A stretch of 64,000 nt of DNA from Balanoglossus misakiensis (lineage: Eukaryota; Animalia; Hemichordata), in assembly GCA_040954595.2 (NCBI GenBank), contig CM082588.2:1541935-1605934 (forward strand), given 5' to 3'. The notes under the pieces are model-generated. The model searched no databases. It was not told where the DNA came from and was given only the letters and a program-made list of their open reading frames with translations. Of this stretch, positions 12,939-27,459 are shown in pieces (positions within the stretch are counted from its first letter, which is position 1; each line of letters opens with the position of its first letter). The position numbers and the translations under genes are program-made.

Positions 12939-14397
12939 TTAGCATATCCACTTTTTGTCTTTCTCATACATCACTCTCCTCATTTTTGCCGTGTCTTTCA
13001 TCATGGTAAGACAAAAATCTGAATCCTCCTCAATATCACATCTCTCTTGAACTTTGTGTTTCATGTCTTGAAACGTTGCCAGATCCTCATCGAAGCCATC
13101 ATAGTGAGAAATCTTTTCCCACAGGGTCTTATTGAAATATTCATACATTTCAATATCATGACGCGAAAACTTGGCTATTATTGACATCATTTCTTGAGTA
13201 ATGGGAGCTTGGGGATTTTGATGGACTTTCATCGGATAGTACAGGATATCTTCAAATTCCCAACACATCATCTTCTTGAGCAATATCAGAGACTCGTCGT
13301 AATACTCCATTATCATAACCAAGTGTAACTCATCACCTAGTTCCTCAAAGTTGTGACGCATCACAGCCTTATCCTCGCTGTAAGGAATACGAAATCGACC
13401 ACAATATCCCTTCCCCTTCTTGTCAGACTTGCCCGCCAATCTCTTATTTAATTTATGTAGATGTCTAGCGAAAGGATTAGTGTTATTTGGAAATGATATA
13501 CGGCGATGCGAGAAATAGAACATAGACTTCGAGTGGGAATACGGAGATCTCAAAATAGTCACATATTTTGCATTTGGGATGAGTGCTTCCATCTCCGGCC
13601 GGTTGTAGTGTATATGACTTGCCAGAATGTTGTATCCAGGAAAGTTACTGCAGTTATAGTTTACGACTTCAAGGTAACCATTGTCATCTTCTATAAAGGG
13701 ACCAAGGTTAGGATCTATTCCAGCAACTAGATCATACTTTAAAGCATATCGGTATAAAATACAAGCCATTGTGCTTCCTCCTGTTTTCGACGTTTTGATA
13801 AAAATGCAGTTCTTTTCTGGTGTGCAGGTTGTTTTCCCTGAAGGAAGGTACATAAAGGAATCCTTGCTGTTTTCATCTTTTAAGTTAACCGTCTGCGTTG
13901 TCATCAGGATTTCTGGTTCACTGACGGAGAACACCCTGGTGTCTATGCTGAAAGTAATAAAATAATTGATGAAGTCTTAGAGTACAATAAATGGATTTGA
14001 TTGTTGCATCATGTTGGTCAATTTACATATAATCACATGCTATTTTAACTGCAGATAGGCTATGTGAATCATTGCAACAGCAAACATAGATTTCATTCGA
14101 TTGAAACTAAACATAAATAATTATACTTACGAATTGTTAGCGTCATTCTCGTTAAATACATGGTGTAATGTCAGTATAGTCATTATGCAGAGCAAAGTTA
14201 TAGCCACTGTTGAAACTCTCTTCCGGTATCGCCACCAAGAATTGCCTGAAATATAAAAATCAAATATGGTTTAAACTTCTTAAAACATTCCTCCACTCTT
14301 ACATGTATGTGAATACAAATGCGAAAGTGACGTAATATGCACAAATGGCAGCGACGATCTGTAAATAAAAGACATGTTGATTTCCCCTACCTGTCAT
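12939..14397 (-). CDS. Galactose-3-O-sulfotransferase-like protein, copy 2
   Basis: Exons 14397-14391 (ATG ACA G), 14245-14131 (NSWWRYRKRVSTVAITLLCIMTILTL...) and 13947-12939. Motifs CIFIKTSKTGGST, VTILRSP, MEYYDESLILLKKMMCWEFED. Confidence 0.88.
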
Positions 14398-15091
14398 GTT
14401 TCCAACCAGAACTGTTCCTTTTACAGTTGCCTGTTTAATTACCAACTATTCGTATCACCAGTCTGGCAGTCTCCGCTCATATATCACATGACAAGCCATA
14501 CTATTCTTTTCGAGGTGGTGCCGTGTTTGTACATGTACACTGTTTCATGCGTCATGCGAATCTTGTAATATTTTGATAATTTTATGGCCATGTAGCTGCA
14601 TTATGATGTGATTATTGCAGTTTGATCATACTTGATAACTTTACAAATTTGCAATATTTAATAATAATAGCTAAATACACTTTATTATTCATTTAGGCAT
14701 TTGTAACAATTGCTATAGGCATTTACGTCTATTCATTTCACCAGAAATATGGTTGGATGAATCATTCCTGTGCTTTCTGCTATAAATATACCCATAGAAA
14801 AATGGTGTTGCCACATACAACCGCTTTATGCACAAAAGCGGCCATGTATCGGTATGTGACGTATATGTGGAGCTGGCCATTGGGCGATACCACTCCGTGT
14901 ATGGGTGATATCAACTCCCCCGCTCCCCCTAAACCGATCTGGAGTCCAAACATGATCTTTTTGTACATACACTAATATTTTACTCTTAAATGTTGACATA
15001 ACAACATTTTATAAATATAGCTGTGAACAGCAATAAGCGGGTTTCGAGTATGCAAGCCTGCCCGTTATTTAATGTATTAAGTATTATAAGC

Positions 15092-17041
15092 TTAGCATAT
15101 CCACTTCTTGTCTTTCTCATACACCACTCTCCTCATTTTAGCCGAATCTTTCATCATGGTAAGACAAAAATCTGAATCCTCCTCAATATCACATCTCTCT
15201 TGAACTTTGCGTTTCATGTCTTGAAACGTTGCCAGATCCTCATCGAAGCCATCATAGTGAGAAATCTTTTCCCACAGGGTCTTATTGAAATATTCATACA
15301 TTTCAATATCATGACGCGAAAACTTGGCTATTATTGACATCATTTCTTGAGTAATGGGAGCTTGGGGATTTTGATGGACTTTCATCGGATAGTACAGGAT
15401 ATCTTCAAAGTCCCAACACATCATCTTCTTGAGCAATATCAGAGACTCATCAAAATACTCCATTATCATAACCAAGTCTAACTCGTTATTTAGTTTCTCA
15501 AAGTTGCGTCTCATCACAGCCTGATCATCGCTATAAGGAATTCGGAATCGACCACAAAATCCCTTCCCCATCTTGTCAGACTTGCCTGCCAATCTCTTAT
15601 TTAATTTATATAGATATTCAGCAAATGGATTTGTATTAATTGGAAATGATATACGGCGATGCGAGAAATAGAACATAGACTTCGAGTGGGAATACGGAGA
15701 TCTTAAAATAGTCACATATTTTGCATTTGGGATGAGTGCTTCCATCTCCGGCCGGTTGTAGTGTATATGACTTGCCAGAATGTTGTATCCAGGAAAGTTA
15801 CTGCAGTTATAGTTTAAGACTTCAAGGTAACCATTTTCATCTTCTATAAAGGAACCAAGGTTAGGATCTATTCCCGCAACTAGATCATACTTTAAAGCAT
15901 ATCTGTATAAAATACAAGCCATTGTGCTTCCTCCTGTTTTCGCCGTTTTGATAAAAATGCAATTCCTTTCCGGTTTGCAGGTTTTATTCCCTGAAGCAAT
16001 ATACATGAAGTAATCCTTGCTGTTTTCATCTTTTAAGTTAGCCGTCTGCGTTGTCATCAGGCTTTCTGGTTCACTGACTGAGAACACCCTGTTGTCTATG
16101 CTGAAAGTAATAAAATTATTGATTCATGTATTACACATCAATAGAGCAAGTGATATGTTTGATTTATCTTTTGTGTATCACTAAATGAGGAAAATGATAT
16201 CTCCCAATTTCTTTATTTACACTCAAATAATATCAATGCATGTGGAATCATTCAGTAGAAACTTTCAGGAGAATAATAAAAGGTTTGATAAGTCTTTTGA
16301 GAAGAGATTGGTTGATGCAATGATCTCTCAATCATAAATGTTTTGTTTTATTTCTCTTTCCTTTACACCTTCTACTAAAGGGTATGAAAGAACAAAAAAT
16401 TAAGATGCAACAGCTTTGGTATTATAAAAACTGACATAAATACTTTAAAGCGATTATATCCACAGATGTCCATACATAAATTTAATAATTCTGTTACTCT
16501 TTTAACATTTCAATATGCCAAGGACAGCACGCTGCCTTATGGCATTCAGACTGTATACAATTTTGTACCCAGTCTCTGGTTTGGCACATACATACGCAGA
16601 AGACAATCCCTTCTTCCCCCTCCACAAGTTAAGTCTTGGACTAATATTAAAGGGGGAAGTGTCATGAAGTTCTGTCATATGATTTGATGTATTTTAACTA
16701 GATACGCTATATGAATCATTGCAACAGCAAACATTGATTTCGTTTGATTGAAACTAAACGTAAATAATTACACTTACGAGTTGTTCTCGTCATTCTCATT
16801 AAATACATGGTGTAATGTCAGTATAGTCATTATGCATAGCAAAGTAGCCACTGTTGAAACTCTCGTCCGGTATCGCCACCAAGAATTGCCTGAAATATAA
16901 AAATCAAATATAGTTTAAACTTCTTAAAACATTACTCCACTCTTACATGTATCTGAATACAAATGCGAAAGTGACGTAATATGCACAAATGGCAGCGACG
17001 ATCTGTAAATAAAAGACATGTTGATTTCCCCTACCTGTCAT
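15092..17041 (-). CDS. Galactose-3-O-sulfotransferase-like protein, copy 3 (recent duplicate of copy 2)
   Basis: Exons 17041-17035, 16889-16778 (in-frame 3-bp deletion relative to copy 2) and 16100-15092. Motif CIFIKTAKTGGST. Introns and upstream DNA also align with copy 2. Confidence 0.88.
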
Positions 17042-17481
17042 GTTTCCAACCAGAACTGGTCCTTTAACAGTTGCTTTTTTAATTACCAACTATTCTTATC
17101 GCCAGTCTCCACTTATATATCACATGACAAGCCATACTATTTTTTTAGAGGTGGTGCCGACTTAATGTTTGTACGCTGTTTCAGTGAAAATGCGACATGC
17201 GTCATGTGAATCATTTAATATTTTGATAATGTTATGACCATGTAGCTGCATTATAATGTGATTATTACAGTTTGAACATACTTGATAACTTTACGCATTT
17301 GCAATATTTCTAATATTTAATAATAAAAGCTAAATACACTTTTTTATAATGCACAAAAAACGTCCATGTATCGGTATGTGACGTCGGCCATTGGGCGATA
17401 CCACTCTCCCCTAAACCGATCTGGAGTCCAAACATGATCTCTTTGTACATACGCCAATATTTTACCCTTAAAAATCAATAT

Positions 17482-19008
17482 TTAACAAATCCATTTTTTG
17501 TTCTTAGAATGAACTAACATTTTCATTTTATGTGCATCTTTCTCTAAGTTACGACAGAACGAAGAATTCTTGTCACGGTCACATCTTTCCTTGACATGGT
17601 TTTTCATATCGCGAAAAGTTGCAAGATCCTCGTCGAAGTTACCCTTATATTGCGTGATTTTTCTCCACAAAGTCTTGTTGAAGTGCTCATACATTTTGAT
17701 ATCATGGCGAGCTAATCTGGTCATTATTGACATCATATCAGGGGTGGTGGGAGGTTGAGGAGATTTGTGTACTTTCATTGGGTAGTACATAATATCTTCA
17801 AATTCCCAACACATCATCTTTTTGAGCAATATCAGAGATTCGTCGTAATACTCTGTGATCATAACCAAATCAAGTTCATTGTCCAGGTGCTTAAGTTCAT
17901 CATCACTGACGATGTCAGTTCCACAGGGAATTCTAAATCGATAACAATATCGGTTTCCGTACAAGCTTGATGACGTTGTATTTTTGTGCATCAGATAATC
18001 TGAAAATGGGTTTGAATGCGGCGGAAATGTACGATAACGATTAGAGTAATAAAACGCTGATTTTAGATGAGCATATGGAGACCGTAATATGGTTACATAC
18101 TTTGCATTTGGAATAACTGCATCCATTGCAAGTCGGTTGTATTGTATGTGACTTGCCATGATATTGTACCCTGGAAAGTCACTGCAGTTATACTTAAACA
18201 CTACTAGGTTGCCATCGCTGTCTTCTCCTATGAACTGATCAAGGTTGGGATCTACTGCAGCAACCAGGTCATTCTTTAGAGCGTATCGATATAATATACA
18301 AGCTGTTGTGCTGCCTGCTGTCTTCGCAGTTTTGATGAAAACACAGTTCTTTTCTGGTTGACAAGGTTTACTGTCCCCAGTAAACATGTAGCTAGCACCA
18401 GCTTTCTTGCGAGCATGATCAGCATCACCAGAGTGCGATGAAAATTCGTTCTTCGAGTTGATGTTAAACAGCTTTCCGGGCTCTCGTCTGAAAGGAAGAG
18501 TGTGGAGCATCGAATGATGACTTGAATGAACTTTATTTCACCTGGTGAAGTGACGAGTTCTGGAATCGAGGCTATGATAATCAACAAATCCGTGTTATGT
18601 TTAAATAAATCACAGACATGAAAGACATCTGTAATTGCATTAGGAGACTTGCTAGTTTTATGATAATGAATTGAATGTAAGTGATTGGACTATTCACGGT
18701 GTGAATATTAAAAAAAGAATGTTGGGTATGAGGGTTCCCCCTTGATCCATTATTATTAGTCTCTGGAATTTGGGAAGAATTAAAATTATGTTGACGTTGA
18801 TACATTGCGAAGTATCAAAGGTCCTTGCCAATGACATAGTCCCTGCTGAAACAACATATTCGTAAAGGAGGTAGTACTTACAATTTTGTAACGTGGTGCA
18901 AAGCGTTCTCTATAGACATATGGTAAGACATAATTAATACTGTAATGAACACAGTGGCACAGACCGCAATGAATATCTTGCAGTGCCGGGTTCCACGGTA
19001 GAATGTTC
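17482..19008 (-). CDS. Galactose-3-O-sulfotransferase-like protein, copy 4 (start exon uncertain)
   Basis: Exons 19008-18882 (TFYRGTRHCKIFIAVCATVFITVLIMSY...) and 18487-17482. Motif CVFIKTAKTAGST. The phase-1 upstream exon is not firmly placed; 19606-19522 is a candidate. Confidence 0.85.
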
Positions 19009-19012
19009 CTTT

Positions 19013-19065
19013 AAGAGAGAGAGAGGGTGAGAAAACGATAGAGAGAAAGAGAGAGAGAAAGAAAG
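19013..19065. repeat. (GA)n tract, serving as the polypyrimidine tract of the copy-4 acceptor
   Basis: agagagagagagggtgagaaaacgatagagagaaagagagagagaaagaaag, directly upstream (minus strand) of the AG at 19010-19009. Confidence 0.75.
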
Positions 19066-19871
19066 ATTAAATCTCATTGAATGGAATAAGGCAGAGACAG
19101 TGTTATGAAAATTTCAGATATTCTATAACAAATTATGCATGTTACACCTTGTACAATGAATCATTTGAACTCGAGTTAATGATGAACAATCGCAATTTCA
19201 CAAACCTTTTAGATGTGCAGCCATTGAACGGTCCATTTGGTTTACACTTTTGCCATGAGCATTTGAAAAATACTTCAGTGCAAACCAACCTTTATATATA
19301 TATCACATGATAAGTTAATGCCCCTCCTTTCGTCGATTTAATTAATCAATACACTGTCAGATGTGTGAATGCAAATGATACCTTTTCAAGGAAGACAGGG
19401 TAATTAGAGGATTATGAAAAATCAAACATTTTGGTTTTGGAATCATTGAGAGCTTGTAAAGTGATTCCTGTCTTGTGCCAGCGGGTATAGATGAGTCTAA
19501 GTAGAGATCCTGGGTATTTACCGCGTATTATTGATGATCTTCTACAATCAATTACAGTATCATGCCACACGCACTGACTCACAAATGTTATTTGGTGCAC
19601 TTTCATTGATAAGTGAGCATATTATTCTGTGCTACAGGAAGCATAAGATATTTTCTGCATTGTTATATATTTAAGACCTTTCTCCATTTATAAAAGACTC
19701 AGAATCATGCATTTAAGAATATGTGAGAGAAACACTCCTCACAAAGTCTCTGGAGGAATGTTCAGTTCTAACCCATAAAAAAACTAAAATTATTATTTTC
19801 CTTTACAAGAACACTTAGCATCATGGCTCCATATAGTGGTGATGTTAATCATGGATGTTAATATCTGATCG

Positions 19872-22252
19872 CTAACACAACCACTTTTTGTCTTTGGAAA
19901 ACATTATCTTTCTCATTTGTGCTACGTCTTGCTGTAAGTTAATGCAGAATCTTGAATTCTTTTCAATCTCACATTTTTCTTTGACTTCATTTTTCATATC
20001 TCGAAATTTTGCCAGATCTTCATCAAAGTTGCCGTCGTACAATGAGATCTTTTCCCACAAAGTCTTATTGAAATAGTCATAGAGTTTAATATCATGACGT
20101 GCTAGCCTTGTGATTATTGACATCATGTCCGGAGACATAGGGGCTTGGGGAGTTGTGTGAACTTTCATCGGATAGTATATGATGTCTGTAAAATCCCAGC
20201 ACATCAACTTTTTGAGAAGTATTAAAGATTCATCAAAGTACTCCATTATCATAACCAAGTCTATCTCATCATCCAGTTTCTTTAAATGAAAATCGTTGAC
20301 AATATTTTCACCAGAATATGGAATACGGAATCGATTGCAAAACCTGTTTTCAGCCGAATCATGCATGCCTTGATTCTTTGCATCAATCTCTTTTAAGTAT
20401 TTAGAGAATGGATTGGAATCGTTTGGAAATTGGATGTGACGATTACGATAATAAAATGAGGACTTCAAATGTGTGTACGGAGACCGTATGATCGTCACAT
20501 ACTTGGCATTTGGAACAACGGCGTCCATTGCTGGTCGATTATACATGATATGACTTGCTAAGATGTTATATCCCGGGAAATCACTGCAGTTGTATTTTAA
20601 CACCACAAGATTTCCATTGTTGTCCTCTCCTATAAATTGACCGAGTTTGGGATCCAGTCCAGCAACCAGGTCATTGTTTAAGGCATAATGGTACAATGTA
20701 CAAGCCACTGTACTTCCCCCAGTTTTTCCAGGTTTTATTAGAACACAGTTCTTCTCAGGCCGGCACTTGTCATTGTCTGCACGGGCTGACAGATGTGAAT
20801 TATTCTTCATCTCTACTGAAAGAGGTGTGTTGTCTGAGAATGGTGTCAGAAAACTATGCGTACCTTTTCTGTAACAAAAACAAAAATATCACTTAGCTCT
20901 GAAATTGTTGAGGATGTGCAATATTGTTATCCACTCATATTTCTCCCCAGAGAGTGTCGAAAATGCTCTTTGGCAATGGTGATAGTTGCACCATATGGAA
21001 TTAAGATTATTTTATTTCTCTTAATATGTTAGAGTGGTGAGGGTTGAATGCAGTGAATGTATACCGACGCAAGGCTTATACACAAAAGTAATCTGTGATT
21101 TCGGCCATCCCAAGCAGAAAGGGGTCTTATGGTCAAAAGTATCCAATCCCTTAAGACCCCAGATTTCTTTTGTGTATTGCCTTAAGAAAATAATCTCACT
21201 TCCATATGGTGCAACTAACACCATTGCCAAAGAGCATTTTCCACACTGACAATGGCGGCAAAAATCACATCAAAAGCCAAATATTTTGGCTTTTGATGTG
21301 ATTAACGTGAGTCGAAAATGTTCTTTGGGTATTGGTGATAGTTGCACCATATGGAAGTGAGATTATTTTATTTCTTTTAAAATGTTAGAGTGGTGAGGGT
21401 TGAATGCAGCAATTGTATACCAACGCACTTGGCTTATACACAAAAGTAATCTGTGATTTGGCTCAATGAAACAAATCTATGGCTGGAAAACTGGAAAAGC
21501 TTTAGAGAAGCTTGTAATGTCTGTTTCCCATTTAAATCCGGATGTCATTGTTGCTGCCATTGTCTAGGAATGACATGTCAAAGTGCCGTGATAGATAATC
21601 CGATATAGTATTGATGTGTCGTTACAGACCTGTGTTGTGATATGGTTCGCAGTACGGTACAAATAGTGTTGAATCAATGGTTTCTTGAGTAATGAAAACA
21701 GGATTTTTGTCGTCCGTTATCTTTCATAGGCAGTATGTAACTTGGAGTATGCAAGTCCGAGCACCAAATGCAACTCAAGTCAGAGTACATCCACTACTCG
21801 GAGTGTACAAGTCCGAGTATTCGGACTTGGAAGTCCGACTTGGTCTTTGAACTTGGAGTATGCGCTTCAAAGTACTCCTACATACCTCATCAATGCCAAT
21901 ATAAATGTGTGTGATGTGTGTTTTGTTAATATCTCTGTTCTCTAAATTTCCCATGAATTCATAGCTGTGCCCAATATCCATTCATATTATCTAAAGTGTA
22001 CCGGAGTTATTGTTATTTACAACGAGTCATAATTGTCAGATGAAACATCTTGCTTGTAATATAACACAACGAACACCAACAAACACAACACAAATTCAAG
22101 TTGATGAATTATAACATTGAGATTCATACTTACAAAACATTGTAGTGGTGTATACGTTTGGAAACATCATGATATGATATAAGTATCAATGCCACACATA
22201 TAGTAGTAGTTGTTGCGAAAAGGGTTTTGTAATGATTGTGACTGAAGTGCAT
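19872..22252 (-). CDS. Galactose-3-O-sulfotransferase-like protein, copy 5
   Basis: Exons 22257-22134 (ATG at 22252: MHFSHNHYKTLFATTTTICVALILISY...) and 20868-19872. Motif CVLIKPGKTGGST. Confidence 0.87.
20953..21459. mobile_element. MITE with ~60-bp imperfect TIRs (20953-21247) plus a truncated second copy (~21308-21459)
   Basis: agtgtcgaaaatgctctttggcaatggtgatagttgcaccatatgg... is inverted at 21187-21247; its left ~150 bp recur from ~21308. It lies in the copy-5 intron. Confidence 0.75.
21740..21880. repeat. Degenerate palindromic short-repeat cluster (probable MITE remnant)
   Basis: acttggagtatgc occurs twice; caagtccgag motifs recur; hairpin caagtccgagtattcggacttg at 21808-21829. Confidence 0.5.
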
Positions 22253-23214
22253 ATTACCTTAAAGAAAAAAGAATTAAATGAAATTTAAAATGCCTATATA
22301 AACACGAAGTCAATACTGTGAATGCTACATTATACTTCATAGAAAATACTTTTACTAACCTTCGGAAAGTGAAGCTGATGAAGTTGCTGTGTGTTATTGC
22401 AAAGCAATCACGTTTACAATCAGAAATTGTCGGAATTGATTGCGAAGACTGTTTGACGTCACGTGTTTGTCACATGATGACGTATTGAGCCATCGGTGTC
22501 TAGGGAGGCTTACAGATCGAAGGATGCAACAATTATAAGCAGATTTAAACAGGAATCATAGCCATTACAGTGTTGAAGTTAACAGTCACACATTTCACAA
22601 GAACACCAAAAGGACGGACACCAAACAGACACACTGCAGAGACAGAATCATCATTTATTTATGGCCACTATAATTCAGAAATAATTAGATGTACACTTGT
22701 ATGAACACCATTTCGATTGAGCAAAATTATTTCCTTATACATGTAGCTGGAACAAATAAGAGTGGTATTAAAAAAATAATGTCTGTTCCCATGGTAATTA
22801 AAGTCTTTGAATGCCTCTGACATGGCAATCGATGCCTGATGCAGCAGTTCCTGAAATCAGAGATGTCTAGCGTATAACACATGTGTTTCACTTTTGGGCT
22901 TACTGTATCAAGCGGTGAAATTATATTCAGCTTTATAGCATTAATACCTTGGCTTTATCGACTTTGCTTAATGTGAACCAGGAATCCTGACACTGAATAG
23001 TAGGCAACCATTATTTGGGGCTAACCCGGCCTTGTAAATATCAAATTTTAAAAGATTGATGTCACTTTTCCATTTGTTGCATTGGAAATTGATTAACCTT
23101 AAGCACTTTGGATTTTGTAAGAAAAGATTTATTGATCTTCTCTTACCGTGCCCATGCAGACTGACGCAAAATCGCTCGTAGTAATCGTCGTTAGCATAAA
23201 ATATGTTAACAATG

Positions 23215-23268
23215 ATGGGATGGACAATCCGACAGATGGATGGTTGATGGGCAGATGGATGGACAGGC
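23215..23268. repeat. Degenerate (GGAT/GGAC)n microsatellite just after the copy-6 stop
   Basis: gatgggatggacaatccgacagatggatggttgatgggcagatggatggacaggc. Confidence 0.55.
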
Positions 23269-23281
23269 AAAAAAATATCCT

Positions 23282-25994
23282 CTAACACAGCCACACTTTG
23301 TCTTTTGAATACAATAGCGCTTTCATCTTGTGGGCATCTTTCTTTAGGTTAAGACAAAATGTGGAATCGTTTTCAAGTTCACATCTTTCTATCACTTGAC
23401 TTTTCATGTCTCGAAAAGTTGTTAGATCGTCTCCGAAGTTACCATCATACTGTGAGATTTTTTCCCATAAAGTCTTGTTGAAATATTCATACACTTTTAT
23501 ATCATAACGAGCGAATTTTCTTATTATTGATAACATTGCAGAAGTAGTTGGAGGTTGAGGCTGTGAATGGACTTTCATTGGGTAGTACAATATGTCTTCA
23601 AATTCCCAGCACATCAACTTTTTGAGTAATAGTAGAGATTCGTCATAATACTCTGTTATCATCACCAAGTCTAGTTCTTCATCCAGTTTCTCTAATTCAA
23701 TGTTGCTAACAGTTTTTTCACCTTTATAGGGAATGCGAAATCTATAACAATATCTATTTCCGTAAAGGCCTGAGTGAACATTAGTTTTCTGTACCAGCAA
23801 ATCTGAGAATGGGTTTGAATCCGATGGAAATGTCAGATTACGAGTAGTAAAACGTGAGTAGTAAAATGCAGATTTTAAGTGAGTGTATGGTGACCTCATG
23901 ATAGTCACATACTTTGCATTTGGAATAACCGCATCCATTGCCGGCCGGTTGTAATTTACATGACTTGCCATTATGTTGTATCCACGGAAACCACTGCAGT
24001 TATACTTCGACACGACAAGGTTGCCATCTTCATCCTCTCCTATAAATCCATCAAGCTCCGGTTCTATTGCAGTAACAAGATTGTTCTTTAAAGCATATCG
24101 ATACAATATACAAGATGTTGTGCTGCCTGCTGTCTTTGCCGTTTTAATGAAAACACAGTTCTTTTCTGGGTGACAAGGTTTACTGTCTGTAACAACTGAC
24201 ACAAATTCAGCATGTGACCTGTTGGTGTTACTCGACTGTCGTGACAGTTTCTTTTGCGGTCTGGTGTTTAACAGATTTTCGCTGTCTCCTCTGAAAGAAA
24301 AAAATGCAGAATTAATAGTGAAACACCTTTTGATCTATATCCGCGGGGACTTACAAGTTTTATTATGGGATATGTTTCCGTTGGTACACAGCTGCTCAAT
24401 TCAATATGTTGATTATGAGTTCTTCACAACACTCTGTGCCCCAAAGTACAGAAAGCTGGCAACCATGCATGCATACCACCCAATTTTGCCTACAGCTGAA
24501 GTGAGACCATACATTTCAAGTGTCAAGCTGTGCTCGAGGCACTTCACTTGATCGTTAACGGCGCTGGTCTGATCAGAGAGTTTGTCGATAAAAATGTACT
24601 CGTACACATCCATGTAATTATGGTGATAGGCATGCAGTCCTTCCAAATGCTAATCATTGAACATTCAAATGTAATGATAAATCTGCCACTGCGACCAAAT
24701 GATTATTTAATATTTTTTACTGTTTTGCAATATTTTGTGGTTACCTATGATCTATTTTTCTTTCATGTCAAATATCATGAAAACATTAACCACTCGTCTC
24801 CTAGCGACAGACTGAGACATGTGTGTGTGCATAGATTTTAGTGACGGCTGTGAACAGCGCTGTTTTGTGCATCCTTTCAGTCTGATCTCGTATCAAAGAG
24901 CTAGTGTAGAATAAGTCAGACAGAACGTCATATGCTGGACAATGTGACTCCTAAGAAGCTTTGTTTCCATGGTGAATGTAGTGTATACACAAGTGATAAC
25001 CATGCACTGCTGCGGGGATATTATCACAATGTGTATCACGCCACCTACTTGGTCGCCGACATTCCATAACAACCTGATGTGTCTGTTTCTAGGCAACCAA
25101 TAACTAGACCATGTGACATGTGGCTTAGTAAGATACTGAGTAATGGCCCTTGTTCAGTAATATAAAATTATTTAGAAGTCACCATGATGAAAGATTATTG
25201 CAGAGGGCCAATAATATGTTATGTCAATTTATGAAATCCACAGATGGTGCTAACTCGATCACCCTAGAGATAATGTGACCCCATTCTAATACTTGCCTGA
25301 TGTTATTTAAAGGAAAACATTCAAACCCAACAACGAGTATTTTGTGGAATGTATAGGTGTTTTATGATTATTTAATAAGAACGAAAATAAAATGTGTGAT
25401 TTTCCAGTGGTACAACTGTCAGTGGCAGACTTGATCCTTGCATAATGGGGGCGCTGTGCTTTAATTCTCTGCTGTCCCAAAAGGGACGCTATAATAGTAT
25501 CAACCATCATTTTACCACGTTATTGCGCATGTGTAATGGACTAAAACATCATTTCGCATGATATCAGACCGGCATTACACATGACGAAAAGTTTGTAGCA
25601 TAAACATAACTTGAAATAACAATTCTTATCAGTCTTTATACTTACGATTTGGTAATGGAGTGTCTGTCTTTTGTAGTCGCCTGGTATGATACATGTAACA
25701 CTATAACACACACAATTGTTATGGCTATGAAACATAACCTGTATCGATGAAGACCACAACATAAAGTGCCTGAAACATAGAAAGTGTATAGACTTGAAGG
25801 TAAATTTCTAATGTTGTCCAAAATTGCATGTAACAGTGCACACTCGGGATGTAGAATGTCATTCTCCATGTTTCACTAGTTACAGTTAACGATGTACATC
25901 TCAATTACTTCAAGCAATCACCAAAGACCAGAATATTAATTGCGAATGAAATATTTTACTGACCTTTAGAACAAACAGCAAAGGAAGACGCCAT
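23282..25994 (-). CDS. Galactose-3-O-sulfotransferase-like protein, copy 6
   Basis: Exons 25994-25964 (MASSFAVCSK, phase 1), 25769-25646 (TLCCGLHRYRLCFIAITIVCVIVLHVSY...) and 24290-23282. Motif CVFIKTAKTAGST. Most similar to copy 4. Confidence 0.87.
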
Positions 25995-27459
25995 GTCTCA
26001 AAGCAACCTGCCAACACTGCATACAAAAGTAGTTGTACGTAAAAGTTGGCGTAATGCTGTTGTTTTTTTATCACGTGTCGTAGCTATGTATACACAATTT
26101 GCATTGTGGGAGGCTTTCAACATTCAAAATTTATGCTTCGGAATTCGAAACAGAAGCAAGCTTAGGAGTAGCGATATTAGTATAAGCTGGAGCCAAATGG
26201 ATGTTTCTGCACAGGAAGGGACAGTTCATGATTATTTTTAAATTTGAAATCATTCCTTTGTAGAGAATGTCCATTACTCTCTGTCTAGTGATCAAGGTGT
26301 GATGCTGGGTCCACACTTGTAACTGTTTCCATTCATTTCAAAAACACTCAAACACTGAAAAATGAGCATGTAATGTATGCATGTGACGTCATGTGCTGTC
26401 ACGTGCTGCTTTCACGAAATTGGAAGTTTATATAAATTACATCGAGTAAAGGAACTGGCAAGTGTTTCTTTAATGCTTGCCCTTGGTCGTCCTCTTTTTC
26501 TTTCAAGTTTCGAGTGTTTATTGTTGCACTGGTACTGTCACAAGGTCAGTGAAATATTTTCAATTTTGTTTATGTGTGCTTTGGTTATTGTTGTGTTTTC
26601 TTATGAACTGTTGACGACATTAGACTAGGGAATGTTTAAAAAGATTTTATGGCTGCATAAATGTCAATTGCAAGGCCACAAAATGGTAATTTTTTATCAA
26701 CTTACAGATCCGTTAATGTGTGTTTAAAGAAAATTGGACACTCTTTGATCCTTGTGCAGCCAGAGTAACATTCATGCTCTGTCAGAATCCTAAAATATAT
26801 ACACGTAGAAATGACATCAGTTTTTGCTTGATGCCATTATTGATATTAAAACTGCGTGGTAAAGATCACTAAATCAAACATAATGACTACACACGAACCA
26901 TTTCCAAATATGTTGAAAAATAAACCGTAGGATTTTACTTTGACTATATACACACTCATACTGGTAGTCCGATAAACAAAGCGTTTCAGTGTTTGTTTCC
27001 TTCAACTTCAGAAATTACTTGAATGTGCAATGTTTACGCAGCTGTGCGTATGATGACGCCACTCTGATATGAAAAAAAATCTTTAAATCTCCAAAAGCCA
27101 TATTAAATGCCACTTCTGCCCTTTTAAGACATCTGGGACCACATTATTTATTATCTCCCAGGGTGATATGCGATAGGTTTAACAAGTTACATAGCTTTTG
27201 TACCTTAATAAATACCTGCCGTCAGTTCAGATTAAGCTGTATGGACACATATACCCAGGTTACTCTAACCTAATGTTTGATCGTACCTTTACTGTTTTAA
27301 GCCAATAGATTGCTCCACTAAACAAGTACATGTATATAGAAATGTGTTAGATGAGTCTCCCTCGGATGCAGGCCATCTCCACGTATAACGTAACTTTTTC
27401 AAGTGGATTTCCTGCCACATTCTTTCATTTGTGATTGTCCATTCCAGGGACATGTAAAT

